DNA of 63,829 bases, the filler included, from Platydemus manokwari (Eukaryota), in the NCBI GenBank assembly GCA_037951405.1. It is 6 parts of 6 records of this genome, joined end to end, with 100 filler letters (N's around TTAATTAATTAA, not from the genome) between each part and the next. Parts side by side here need not be neighbours in the genome. Positions count along the whole stretch, not along the records: positions 1 to 11,391 come from JBBMOY010708873.1; positions 11,492 to 23,155 come from JBBMOY010537774.1; 4 more parts are not named here. One strand, given 5' to 3'. A model generated the notes under the pieces. The model worked only from the letters and a program-made list of their open reading frames with translations, did no database searches and had not been told where the DNA came from. The position numbers and the translations under genes were made by a program. This document shows, one piece after another, positions 1 to 12,734 of the stretch (the stretch's first letter is position 1; every line of letters starts with the position of its first letter).

Positions 1-2058
1 TAAATTTTATACATGAAAATTTATCTACGTAGCCAAAAATAGTCAAAAATAAATTATATACAAACATATAAAATGAAACATATAAATAGAAGTAGAAAAT
101 TTATCGATTTGACAATAAATTCACGAGTGAAGCAACTAAGCTGTAACAAGACTTATAGTTATAGTAATAACATTTTCTCGTCGTTCTTATAATGATATAA
201 GAGTAAAACAATCAAGACAAAAGAAGTTTAATATCTTAGGTTTAATTACTAGACTGATTAGACGAGGTAATAGACAAGCATTGAAGTAGATATGAATTGA
301 AGTAACCACCGAGTAATCTTACACTAAATATCAGTACCCAATATTTTTATACAATCTGCCAAACCAAAGAGTAATGAAATTAATTTTGTATGTATTTTTG
401 AGAGATGAAAATACCATAAAAATTCTTTTAAAAAAAGAGAGGAAGATCATTAAGTTTTATTATTAGAATGATATACAAATATTTTTATATGTCATATATT
501 TTATTTCATAGGAACCATGCTGGTATTTTATAGTCATTTACTATTCTAAAGATTATCTTAATAATTTTAATTATTCATATAAGTTATTTTATTATTGAAT
601 TAAAATTTTATCTAACTATCTTTAATAATTTTAATTTTGCACCATTCGTGGTTAGCAAATACACGATGAGTTAAGAAATAATTTTTTTACAAATTATCCA
701 TACAATATTAGTTTGTGTTTTACTACATCCACATAAAATTAATCTATAAATTACATTTACAAATTGAAACGTTTGATAATTAATTACTGTGTTTACTATA
801 AAATTATGTGTTGCGTTAATCATCTGATAGTTTGGGTTCTGTGATAATTAAGCTTTTGTTATAATTTCGAATTAGTGTAAATATTGGTTGAAATTGTATC
901 AGAGTTGTTAATAAAGAAATGAAAAAGATTGCTTTTGTTATCATGATAGATATTTACTGATTTCCTATTAATACGGCTAAATAAATATTTCTGAATCATT
1001 TCATGTATCAGTTATAATTATTGTTTTTTATTCCTTTATTAACATTTATAAATTATTTATTGGATATTCAAACTTCATTTTTAAAAACTTTGTAAAATTA
1101 ATATTAGATAAAATTTACAAGCCAAGTCAATTAACATTGTTTTCATTCTTGGTAAAAGAAAACAAAGTCAAACGATCTGTTACTAAAAATAATTCGATTT
1201 AAAAAATGATTTGATAATTATTTCTATTTAATATTTTACTAGTGAACAAAATTTGTTGCTATGGTAAACAAACCTTAAAATTTGTATTAATTTTTTTAAC
1301 ATCAATTATTAAGTGTTAATGTTATAGTTTATGCATAATATTTAAGAAATAATTTATTAAATAGATTCTAATGAAATAGCTATGAAACTGTGTAGTTTAA
1401 AAAATCTCACAATTTTTTAAAGCAATTAAATGTTAATAAGCTCTAAAATTAAGTTAATTATAATGATCAAGTCCCGAATCCAGAAACGATGACATTTTAT
1501 TGACACCGAAAGAATATACGTGCTACATAAAATTGAATTACAACATTTTAAACTTTATTTTGAGAAAATTATCAACTTAGATTTTTTAATCATCTAATTA
1601 TCATTGATTATATATCTATAATTAATATTCAAATATTCAGATATTTTTCTTTACAATAGTCATTGTAAATCCCATACAAAGCAGTTATGAGATTTTTTGT
1701 CATGTTTATCAATTGCAGAAGAAATTATAATGATATGATAAATAAATGGAAACATTTAAAAACGGATATTTTATTAAGGGGTCTTTTCTTTTAATAAATT
1801 CATTTAAAAATTATTTAAAATTCTAAAACAATGGATATTGATTAACAAAACTAATGAAAAGTAGTTGCTACCTATTTCATAGAATATGTCTGCATGCATG
1901 ACAATTCTGGTTTCTGATTGGTTGCTTTTAAACTTAGTATTTTGAAACTGCTTTCTCTCATAAATTAGCATTTTATAACAGTGTTACATTTTATAGTTAA
2001 ATTTTAATAGTATAGTAACTTTGTGACTGATATAGAATCGCACTCATAAAATCTTACC

Positions 2059-5000
2059 ATGAGTTCGTATGTGGAATTATTGAAAGCCTGTAAAGAAGGA
2101 AATCACAAGAAAGTCAAAAAGCTTTTGGGAGTTTGCAAGGATATTTGTGATGTCAGAGATCTTACTGATAAAACATTGCTTCATTATTGTTTCAAATACG
2201 AGTTGTGTGCAGACCTAATTTTGGAGGCCGCGCCTGAATTGTTAGATGTAGGTGAAAAACTTGGATATACGGTTTTGCATCTAGCTTCAATGGTAAAGCC
2301 CCCAACATCTCTCAGATATCTACTATCAAAAAAGCCAGACATCAACAAAAGAAATAACGATTTGAGAAGCTCTCTTCTTCTAGCTGTAATCTATGATAAT
2401 TATGAAGCTTTAAAAATACTGTGTGAACACAATGCCGAAGTTAACGTTTCTGATATTTCAGGAGTTTCGCCTTTACATTATGCTGCCAAAATCAAAACCA
2501 CTAATACTGGGGACGATGAAATAAAGATCATTGACCTATTATTACAGTATGGTGCGAATATAGAATGCCTTGATTTTTATGAAAGATCTCCTCTCGTTTG
2601 GGCAGCATGCTCGAATAATATTATTAAAATGAATCATTTGATTTCAAAAGGTGCTAATATTTATTGTAAAGACGCCGGTGGTTTATCTGTCTTACATTAT
2701 GCAACCTCGAACGGTAATATAGACATTATACGAATTCTTCTTGAAAAATATAATTTCGATATCGAAACTCAAGACAACAACAAATGTACTTCGCTCATGT
2801 ATGCATGTTCATACAACAATCCAAATGTCATTGAATTTCTGCTGGAAAAGGGTGCTGATGTGAATGCGGAAGATTGTAAACGAAGAAATGGAGCTCATTT
2901 CGCCAGTGGAAAAGGTGATCTAAAAAATCTAGAAATTCTACGCAAATACAACTGTGATTTTTGGAAACTAAATTACGATAGCAACTATCCGTTGCATGAA
3001 GCAGCATATAAGGGCCATTCAGAAGTATTGGAATTTCTCATTGATAGCTTAGATCAGAAAGAAAAATGTCACAATATAATCAATCATAAAAATTCCAACG
3101 GCCAAACCGCTCTTCATCTGGCTACAGTTAAAGATAATGTAAAGATTTGTTCGATTCTTCTGAAAAATGGAGCCGATCCCAATATTAAATTGCGAGTGAA
3201 TAATGGGAAATCAATGACGGCTTTAGATTTAGCAAATAAAGACGAAACAAAACGTTTAATTATCGATTACAAAGGCCAGACATCGGATAATCTTTTGAAG
3301 ACATCAGTTATCAGTGAAGAAATGACAGCCTCAACATCTGAAGATTTATCCGAAAGCGAAGACGATGAGACGATTGATTCGAAATCAATCGACAATGTAA
3401 TCTCAAATCCAGATGATAATGTAAATGAAAATAAAATTGATAAAACAACAGTATTTGTCGATACAGAAAAAGAAATCGAATCAAAAGAAGAAGACGATGA
3501 AGAAGCAGTAGATAGTACTGAGATGCTGGAGATCAGTGAAGAATATAAGAAAGTTTTGTTCAGTTCGTGTTATAATGGAAGTGCAGAGGAAGTTACAACG
3601 TTCATTAAAAAAGGGGGATCACTGAGTGAGTTGGTAGATTCGTCCGGAAAAACACTGCTCCACTATTCATTAAAAAATCGGGACTGTTTTAAATTGATAA
3701 TCGAAAATGCTCCTATACTTGTTAATCAACCAGATTATTCCAATCTTACAATTTTACACATGGTCATAATGTCAAAGCATAGTGATCAGTTACAATTATT
3801 ATTAGATCACAATTCAGATCCCAACTTTCCCGATTCCAATGGCCGAACGGCTATTCATCTAGCAGTCATTTATGATAATTTAGAAGCTTTACAAATCATG
3901 AATGATAATGCGAAAACCAAAAGTGATTTCCATCAGACACCTGATGCCACAGGAAATTATCCTTTACATTATGCAGTAGAAATATGTAAATTGAAGAAAA
4001 CGGAATGTCGATGTAAAGAATTTATAGAATTATTATTAAATATGAATGGAGATATCGAATGCCGAGACAATGTCAATCGAACGCCACTTTTATTGGCTAT
4101 TAATATAAAAAACGCCGAAGCCGTTTCGACACTTTTAAAACACGGTGCTAATATTATGGCTGAAGATAACCAAAATCTTTGTAGTATTCATTATGCTTGC
4201 TCAGAAGGTAGTCTAGATATTTTCAATCAACTCGCGGAGTTTGAAATGTTCGACTCGAACATTGAAGATCCGAATGGTTTAACTCCAATATTCTATGCTA
4301 TATCCAGCTGCAATGAGAAAGTTGTTCAACGTCTTATAGAATTGAATGCTAAAGTTGACGTCGTCGATCAACATGGTCGAAATATTTGCCACAAAGCAGC
4401 AGAGAAAGGTGCTTTCAAATGCCTAGAGCTTTTAATAGCCCATAAAGTTGATCCTTGGTTGAAATCAATAGATGGTACAATGCCCCTGCACGAAGCGGCC
4501 TATAGAGGATACAAAGAAATCGCAGAGATCCTCCTAAATACATATTCTGCAGCGGAACATATCAATGATAAAAATAACAGTGGCCAAACTGCTTTACACT
4601 TGGCAGCAGTCAGAAACGATTGTCCAATGTGTTTCCTTCTGATTTCCAAAGGAAGTAATGTTAATGAATTGTTACATAACAACGATGAAGATGAAGATCT
4701 GACAGCTTATGATTTGGCAACAACTCCATACTGCAAAGAGACTCTGTATACGTTCGGTGGTCGATCAGCAAAAAGAATTATTGATTATGAGACTGGTGAA
4801 AATGAAACGACAATTGACAAAAATATAGAAGAGCTAGCAATAATTCGAATTGATAATTCAATGTTCATACCACGAACATCTTTAAGAAGTACGGAACTGG
4901 CTTTATCCACAATGGCTAGTGTCGTAAATACTGTTCGTACCAATGAAATCTGTAACTGCCATAAATCATCCATCGTTCAACCCTTACCAACGAGTCCTAA

Positions 5001-5529
5001 AAAATCGGAAATTAAAAACATCCAATCGAATACTAGTTCGGAAAAATCATTTCTGAACCTTCTAGTTAATGGAGACCGCGATGAGATTGAATTGCCAATA
5101 AATGATGAAATCAAACTCTCAACCGAGCGAGTTGACAACCATAGCGAATCGAAACTGAATTCAGAAAGACTATCCAGTAAAACATTAACCAAAGATGATC
5201 AATATTCAGAAGAATTACCAGAATTATTTAAATTACAGAAATCCGTCACGAGCTCAAGAGATAATTCGACCATAAAAAGCAGCGCAAAGCCAAAATCGAT
5301 AAGATCGTTTAATAAACGGTGTCAAAATAATTTCATTGATAGAATGATTAAAGATCGCGTGCAAAATTCTGTAATCAATTATGAGTATGCGAGAATCAAT
5401 TGTAAAATTGCAATCAATCTCGCCAGAGAGAAAATACGACAAGAAAATATCGATAAATTGATGAATCCAAAAACACCAAAGATATTGAAAAAATCCACAA
5501 AGCAAAAATCAAAAATTTCCTCAAAATAG
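2059..5529 (+). CDS. Intronless 1156-aa ankyrin-repeat protein: two homologous ankyrin modules, acidic linker, basic low-complexity tail
   Basis: Uninterrupted ORF with many ankyrin consensus motifs (GYTVLHLA, GVSPLHYAA, GQTALHLA, GxDVNA, TPLLLA). Module 1 is about aa 3-405 and module 2 about aa 495-905. Confidence 0.92.
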   Translation: MSSYVELLKACKEGNHKKVKKLLGVCKDICDVRDLTDKTLLHYCFKYELCADLILEAAPELLDVGEKLGYTVLHLASMVKPPTSLRYLLSKKPDINKRNNDLRSSLLLAVIYDNYEALKILCEHNAEVNVSDISGVSPLHYAAKIKTTNTGDDEIKIIDLLLQYGANIECLDFYERSPLVWAACSNNIIKMNHLISKGANIYCKDAGGLSVLHYATSNGNIDIIRILLEKYNFDIETQDNNKCTSLMYACSYNNPNVIEFLLEKGADVNAEDCKRRNGAHFASGKGDLKNLEILRKYNCDFWKLNYDSNYPLHEAAYKGHSEVLEFLIDSLDQKEKCHNIINHKNSNGQTALHLATVKDNVKICSILLKNGADPNIKLRVNNGKSMTALDLANKDETKRLIIDYKGQTSDNLLKTSVISEEMTASTSEDLSESEDDETIDSKSIDNVISNPDDNVNENKIDKTTVFVDTEKEIESKEEDDEEAVDSTEMLEISEEYKKVLFSSCYNGSAEEVTTFIKKGGSLSELVDSSGKTLLHYSLKNRDCFKLIIENAPILVNQPDYSNLTILHMVIMSKHSDQLQLLLDHNSDPNFPDSNGRTAIHLAVIYDNLEALQIMNDNAKTKSDFHQTPDATGNYPLHYAVEICKLKKTECRCKEFIELLLNMNGDIECRDNVNRTPLLLAINIKNAEAVSTLLKHGANIMAEDNQNLCSIHYACSEGSLDIFNQLAEFEMFDSNIEDPNGLTPIFYAISSCNEKVVQRLIELNAKVDVVDQHGRNICHKAAEKGAFKCLELLIAHKVDPWLKSIDGTMPLHEAAYRGYKEIAEILLNTYSAAEHINDKNNSGQTALHLAAVRNDCPMCFLLISKGSNVNELLHNNDEDEDLTAYDLATTPYCKETLYTFGGRSAKRIIDYETGENETTIDKNIEELAIIRIDNSMFIPRTSLRSTELALSTMASVVNTVRTNEICNCHKSSIVQPLPTSPKKSEIKNIQSNTSSEKSFLNLLVNGDRDEIELPINDEIKLSTERVDNHSESKLNSERLSSKTLTKDDQYSEELPELFKLQKSVTSSRDNSTIKSSAKPKSIRSFNKRCQNNFIDRMIKDRVQNSVINYEYARINCKIAINLAREKIRQENIDKLMNPKTPKILKKSTKQKSKISSK

Positions 5530-7809
5530 CAACACACATTATGGAAGTCAATTCATTTCTGCTCTTTTATTTAATTTTATGACAAAAATGGGGTATTTGA
5601 GTGTCAATAACAATGAATATGGATGAGATTTCTTTTAGTTTCCCACATATCATTTGAGATTGTTTCTTTATAAAAGATCGGCCAAAATCGCTTTCATAAA
5701 TCACATTTTAAATGCACTAAATTATGTTTTTTTGTTTTTTTTTTCGCTTATTTAAGTTTGAATTTTCAATTCTTTTTAATTGTAATTTACTTGTATTTGA
5801 TAGAATTTTTAAAATAATATTATTGCTAGGATTTAAAAATTGATATATTGATATTAAAAATGTCAATGATAATATAAATTTACCGTAATATTTTATTTAA
5901 ATAATTTTTTGATTGATGTTTATAGATGTTTTCGTATTTTATGAAATATAAATTACAGCTAGAAGAGAGTTTAGCTGATGAAAATGATAAATAGTTGAAA
6001 AACTATAAAATAGTACAAATCATGAACTAACTCAACTGGAAAACACGAAATATTCTTCCAAAAACTCATCTTTTCATAGAAATCTTCGAAAATAATACTA
6101 CGGATATTCTTTTGAGAGAAACTTTTGTTGAGTGGTTATTAGATTGAATTATTATTATGGAATCGTTAGAAGCTGGATGATGTTGAAGCAAAGATAAAGT
6201 AAATATTTTAGATTTAAATTACCTCGGTATCGACTAGAATTTATACAAAGGATACATTGATAGTAAACAATGATAGAAAAAAATAATGTGATAATATTTC
6301 ATTATGATAATATATAACACTGTATAATATTGTATAGTGATGCATAATTATTTAAAATATAGCGCGATAATACTAAATTATATCGGTAATATTAATATTC
6401 TGTTGAAATAAATGATATTATAATTAAAAGTATTAAATAAACGAGCTGAAAAGTTATCAATATAATTAACACAAGCAATCCATTAATTATATTGTTTTCA
6501 TTCACAATCAAAAAGTGATATTAATAACACAATAAACCTTATTTGTTAACAACCAATCGTGGTATGAATATTTCTATTTATTTTAACTCTATTTCTTTTA
6601 AGATAAAATTCTTTACAGAACCAAACATAAAAATTATGTTCCCATTCATTTTCAAAGTTTTCCTTCAACTTATTTATCATTTGGGCTTCACTGATAAATC
6701 AAAATTTTAAATGAACAAATGAATGGTATTTTTGCCCCCCCGCCTACGTGATAATTTAACATTTTTAAGGAATTCCGAAATATAGCTTAGACACGATTTA
6801 CAAAAATCATAAAATCAAATTCCATTATGGAAGTAAACTCAAATAAAATAGATGTTAGACACCTAATGGAAAATGATGACCAGGTAATAAATTTTAACAG
6901 TCCTGTATTTCTCTAAAATAAGGTAAATATTAAGTCATTCCTTTGGGATTCAATTTTAGATTATGAAAATCATCATTACAACACGCATCCTTAAATTTTC
7001 AGGTAGTTTTATACAATTTCGTAAAAGGAATTAATCGATAAATTATGAATGGAGTTTTTCTTGAATAGAAAGATGTATATGACAGGCAGCCCTTTTAAAC
7101 AATTGTCTATAAATATCACAATAAAATACAAGATTTATCTGATAAACATTGCATATTAAATTCTATTAAATAATCAGCTAGTGCGGTGAAATAGCATATA
7201 ATAGAATTGACTATTTCAATGTGACTATTACCTATCAGTTTTAATGAAGGAAAATGTTGCCTTTATCAGAAAATCAATATACTCTTCCGCTTCCGTTAAG
7301 TAAGGTCTGTAAATATTTATGTATATCGGTATGCATCTAAACTTCTATAAGGTAATATATGTATCATTGCTTGGTGAAAGTTCTGAATATTTTAATTTTA
7401 ATTTTAATTTTGTTATAGAATTTTTTTATTTTATTTTTATTAAATTTTGAAAATCCTGTGAGTATGATGTGATAAAACTTTATGATTGTAACTAGAAATT
7501 ATGTCAAAACAATACAAAGATTAAGATTGTGTCACAATAAGGGAGGGGATCTGCAGCGGAAAGATAAACAAAATTGATAACTAAATGACCGATCTAAATA
7601 ATTGAAAAATTAGGACGGGATTTATTTCATTTAGTAGTCCAAAATTAAGTTTAGTTGTTTTGAGAGTTTGGTGCTTGATAAGTTACTAATGTTCTCAAAA
7701 TTTTGATTCATATCTGTTGGTTTCCAACTCCATTTGGGTATTGAGATATTTGGAAGTTTTTGTTTAAGAGCGTTGATTGCCAATGGATTTATAATTGTTC
7801 AATAAAGAT

Positions 7810-9194
7810 GAAATTTCACAAAAGAAAAATTATATTGCACCTTGGAACCACTATTTTGGCATTTTAGGCATTTTTAAACCTAGAAAACCATATAGACAGT
7901 CATCAAGATTCTAATTCGAAAAATGGACATAACTAAACATATCATTAAATATTATCTTATAAATGTACTCCTTATCAAAGGTAGATGGCTTAATATTTAC
8001 ACGGTGAATAAATCGTAATGTATTTTTTACAATAATTTTGAGTAAATCATAAAAACAACCAAAATATTCATTGAAATCATGGAAATAACCTTCAAAGACT
8101 AACAACTGATAAAAACATCGAGAATCGTCAATAGCACTAGAGATACAAGAAAATTTGCCAGCAGACCGATACATAAACTGCTCTATCGAATGAAAAAGGA
8201 AGCTTTGAGAAATCAATTGAAAATATGTGATAAGTTTATAAAAGGAATGGGATTTCACGATCATCTGCCAGTATTTTTGGCCGGCAACTATTGTTTGTGT
8301 GACTTTTATGGGATTTTGCCTTTTGACTTTCGGGTGCGAGGCTCGCCTTGTGTTATTATCTCTTGGTGATATTTCGTGGTTTGTAATCTTTTGTGTTTTA
8401 CAATCACAATTTCCAGTATTCAGCGTTAATTAATATCATAAACGTTAAATACTTTCTTGTTCATTGCATTTAATTGTAATGGTCTTTGCTTTTCTTTATG
8501 AAATTCTATCATGGTCAAACTGATATTCTTTGAACTGCTAATGTGGAAGTTGTGGAAGAAATTTTGAATTTGGTGAAAGGCCAATTTAATTCTTCAATTT
8601 GTATTACTCTGGCGTAAAATATTTTTATCAGAATTGGTCGTATCCCTGCCCCTCAAACTGGCAGGAATCACACTTCAGTGATAAACTATAATCAAGACAT
8701 TTTGAAAATTTTTTCTAAATTTCATTTCAAATTTTATTACTATTCTTATGTTGTGTCCAAAAAGAATCGAAGATTTCAATTTTTATTTCGCTAAATTGCA
8801 TTAATCAGTGCGTACACAAACGACCCCAAGATTCAGCAAAACACTATAAATCGATAAAAAACAGGTACCGAAATATTCGGATTCTAAGTGGCAGTTGGCT
8901 ATCTTTATATCAGTATTTATGCTTGAGATTTGTGTGTAGTTTGTGTATCACATTTTGATTTGATCTTTTATTTCTCAAGTTTAATTGGATTTATTGATTT
9001 TATGTGCTCGGCATTGGTCAATCCCTATGTATCTGTTAATATATAGTTAACCATTTTTCGAATTATAATCTTTTATTTAAGTCCTCACTGATTATCTGAT
9101 TGCTATGCTTGTATTATTGTGGAGGCATGTAAATGCTTATAGGACTAAAATAAGGGTTCCGAGGTGCAAAATGATTTTTCCATTGTGAGATTTC
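7810..9194. repeat. Imperfect 48-bp inverted repeat pair (7810-7857 / 9147-9194), possible non-autonomous DNA transposon relic
   Basis: The reverse complement of 7810-7857 aligns ungapped to 9147-9194 at 40/48 positions (manual count). Confidence 0.55.
8881..9194 (-). repeat. Dispersed repeat copy, homologous in opposite orientation to 39105-39385
   Basis: Shared blocks such as GGAACCCTTrTTTTAG, AAAGATCAAATCAAAATGTGA and CCAACTGCCA occur in the same order in both copies. Confidence 0.7.
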
Positions 9195-11391
9195 TCTACT
9201 CAACACTTCAAATGAAAGAGCAAGATTCGTTTCAAAAATTAAAATATTAAATGGTAGTTCAAGTAATCGATATTGTTTACGATAAATGACAAAAATCGCT
9301 TAAGGTTTCATAATATTGATGAGTTTATCAAAGTCATGTACAAAATATAAAATATTCACTTATATTTCTGTGTCCGCGAGTGAAACATTTTGTATATTTT
9401 TCCATTAAATTTCTATAGCTCAAACCAAGCCAATACTTGGACTTATATTTCACAATAAAATATAATAGCCATTATCATTGCGTATCTCTTTTAATGACTC
9501 TTGTTTCACTGGTCATATTTTTACAATACTATCACTTACGATAATCTCAACACACCACTCTAAATTGTAATAATTAGGTCAACATTTTCTAAACTTCGGC
9601 AATTGTTGATTCTGAAATTAGTTGAAAATAACGTTTGTAATGCCTGGCTAAAATTTTCAAACATAAATTGTAAATAAAATGATTGTTTGAGAATCAAAAT
9701 AAACAACCAATAATTTATGATTTCAATTAAGTTTGTCGTTAATGTTTGTAAAAAATATTGAAATTATACGAAACTGAACATCTGAAGCTTTAAAAATAGG
9801 ATTCATTTAGACTGAAATAACTGACAATAATAGCAGAGACGTGTATCACATCGCGTGGATGTCACGAACATTGGAAACAAGTTATCACACGTATTGACAC
9901 TACAATGTTGCAGGCATTTTCATTAAGCTTATTACCAGAAGGAGAAAGGATTTTCAATAGGTAATAAATTGATTTGTCACGCAGTGGTGTGTTAATTAAG
10001 GTTATGTGATGTTATATTTAACCAATGACAATGATGCCAACAAAAATGTTCTCTAATTTTTGCAATCCTTTGTGATAAGTAAATAATTTTTGTTGATTTT
10101 CCTCTGCGGAAAAGTGGGAGTTATTACAAATGAAATTCATTAACAGTCTTGGGAAACATTGTTTAGTAGATTGTCTGATACAGATCACATTGTTTTGAAA
10201 TGTTTTATTTTTATTCGTGTGGGATCGAACTGAAAAATTTTTAAAACCAATTATTTTATCCACTTTCAAAAAGTTGTATTAATGTATCAAACGTGGACTA
10301 TGTTTTCGGGAACAATTTGTCACTGCATCTTTTTCAAAAATCCAAAATATATGTGAATTCTTGTACATCAAATAACTGAAGGCAATTTCAGATAAGAAAT
10401 TAAATTATGAAGTTGAACTGATAAACACGGATAAATTATTTATTCAGTTGCAATTTTTGTTTTCAATTTAAAGGCTAATTTATTAATGTTCTTACATCCG
10501 TGAAAACTAAATGAGACGATCAATATATTTTGCTATTATTAGTAACAGTTAGAAAAACAACAATAATAAAGAATACTTTTATCAAATTCCCAGGGTATGT
10601 AAACAGAATTATTTCGAAGCAGTTTAGTTGAAATAAAGTAATCCGGTATTAAAGATAAAGTTCATTATGATTAAAGTAAAGGAAATAAAAGAAAAAAGAA
10701 ATAAAAACAATCAAATAAATGTGGAGATTAATTAATAAACGAATTATTTGAATGATATTTCATAACGAAAAGGAAAAAGTATTAAAACACCGGTTTAAGT
10801 TAAATTGAATATTTGAGTTTATCTCATCATTTTCGTTTTTTGTCTGGAATATAAAATGAAGATTGCCGGTAATTCAAATTATGATTTTATACATTAAAAA
10901 TTTTATTGAGAAGTTACAATAATTAACGACAAAACCCAAAATAGTCAATACTTAAAATATTTAACAATCTCAACCAGAGATTAAGCTTTTTGATAATCAA
11001 CTCTAATATTTATATCTCTAATTTTCGGGGATAATCAGACTCATATTTCATATATTTCCCTTAATCCTAAGATTTTGTAACAAAATATTCGTAACGTCCT
11101 GATAGTGTTTCCAATTGAACTAGTGCTGCCATTCATACAAGTATTTTAGATTCTTAGCAAAGGGTTATTATTTTATTCTATTCAATGGAATTTTTAATAA
11201 TGTGGTATTTTGTTGCCAAGACAAATCAATTTTAATGAGAGATGTTACTGTGTTGGACTAGATAAGGGTTATGTGAATTGTAAGGGTAAATTTTTTTCTT
11301 TTTAATCTGGCTATATTATTTGTTAAGAGAAATAGATTACAGTGTTTATTATTATTATTATTATTATTGTTTTTGTTGTGGCTGAATATAT

Positions 11392-11491
11392 NNNNNNNNN
11401 NNNNNNNNNNNNNNNNNNNNNNNNNNNNNNNNNNNTTAATTAATTAANNNNNNNNNNNNNNNNNNNNNNNNNNNNNNNNNNNNNNNNNNNN
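11392..11491. other. Artificial contig spacer N44-TTAATTAATTAA-N44
   Basis: Identical 100-nt construct with stops in all frames, present five times in the window. Confidence 0.97.
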
Positions 11492-12388
11492 TGTTCAGCG
11501 TTATAACAATTTGTGTTAATAAAATACCTGCATAAAAACATGAATAACTTTTGACTCAACCTGGTATAGTTAATCGATATATTATTTAGGTGCAAAAATA
11601 ATGATAATGATTATTGTTCAAATTGCCTTCCACCAAAACTGTTTTTTACAAAGCATATATCAGTGAACTAAAACAGCACAATACACACACACGCGCACAC
11701 ACACATTTCATTCAATTGGTATAAAAATTATTTGTCCTATCTATTATTCTTTATTCTTTTGATTTGTCTCGATAGTTTCAAATCCAACTCCAATATCACA
11801 TTTCAATATAATCCAAACTGATAAATCTTCCAATAGAACCGAACGAAAAATATCTAATAAAAATCTCATTTGATAACCACCATGCTGATGACAATTGAAT
11901 ATGTACAATTTTCAACTCAATTTTCAAACACAAATCTTCTTTTCAAATGATTTGAAAGCCAACGAGATGCCATTGGTAAAAATACGAAATCTAAGAGTCC
12001 AATTCAGCAACAACCACCATATCAAGTCTTATAAGACCACCACTAACACTGGTATTTCGATGAAATAAATTTCTGATGTATAAATATACCCTTCTGAATA
12101 TATTTTTATCTGATTTGACGACAAAGAACTTGTCTATATCACAATATGATCTCCATCCACCAATTTATGGTACACATGTCAATGTCACGACTAAACTTGA
12201 AAATCCTTAAATATTGAAATGTAGAGATGATAAATTAATGTCTGTGAATTAGAATCTATCAAAAATAATCCTTTTCCTGACAACCAAATACCTTAATGGT
12301 TTAATAATTGTGTAGAACCAATCAGATTACATTTTAACGATTACGTCATACACAAGATCACAGGTCATCATCGATCTATTAATCTTAC

Positions 12389-12734
12389 CCCATGGAATGC
12401 TTTAACAATGCTAGATTAGCCGAAACATCATTGTCCATGTTGTCCTCGTTTCTTGCTATCTCTATTTTGTATACGAATTGCAAACACATTCCATTACTTT
12501 CCCCATTATTAGTATTCAACCAAGAACTCCATAATCGAGCAGAATGTTTTTTAATGTTAGGTATTTTCAGCCCGACAGGTCTCATACATGCAGCATCACC
12601 GATTTTAGGTCCATAATTCATTGATTCCCAAACAGCCGTTTGATCTCGTGGATCAGTATTCCATTGACAGAATCTATCTCCATAATTGAATTGACAGTCG
12701 ATCACAGATCGAGTAACATGATCATTTTTTTCTA
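12389..12734 (-). CDS. Variable exon V13 (class B MAM-like part-domain, VEKNDH...LALLKHSMG)
   Basis: Acceptor ttttatAG, donor GG|GTAAGA, 346 nt (1 mod 3), open frame. Confidence 0.88.

Noticed and set aside
7911-8264. Minus-strand ORF containing AIDD and QLLVFEG, which look like MAM C-terminal motifs (possible constant exon)
   Set aside because: The motifs are in the wrong order for MAM, the ORF lies across an artificial spacer, and the region sits within repeat-like DNA.
11436-11447. Recurrent TTAATTAATTAA motif within N runs
   Set aside because: Assembly or concatenation linker with stops in all frames, not biological.
11870-11990. Possible 14th, pseudogenised variable exon (SRWLSNHL / KEDLCLKIELKI in two frames)
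   Set aside because: Needs a frameshift and lacks the N-terminal CxF/CxW motifs, a matching donor and a selector. The similarity could be chance.
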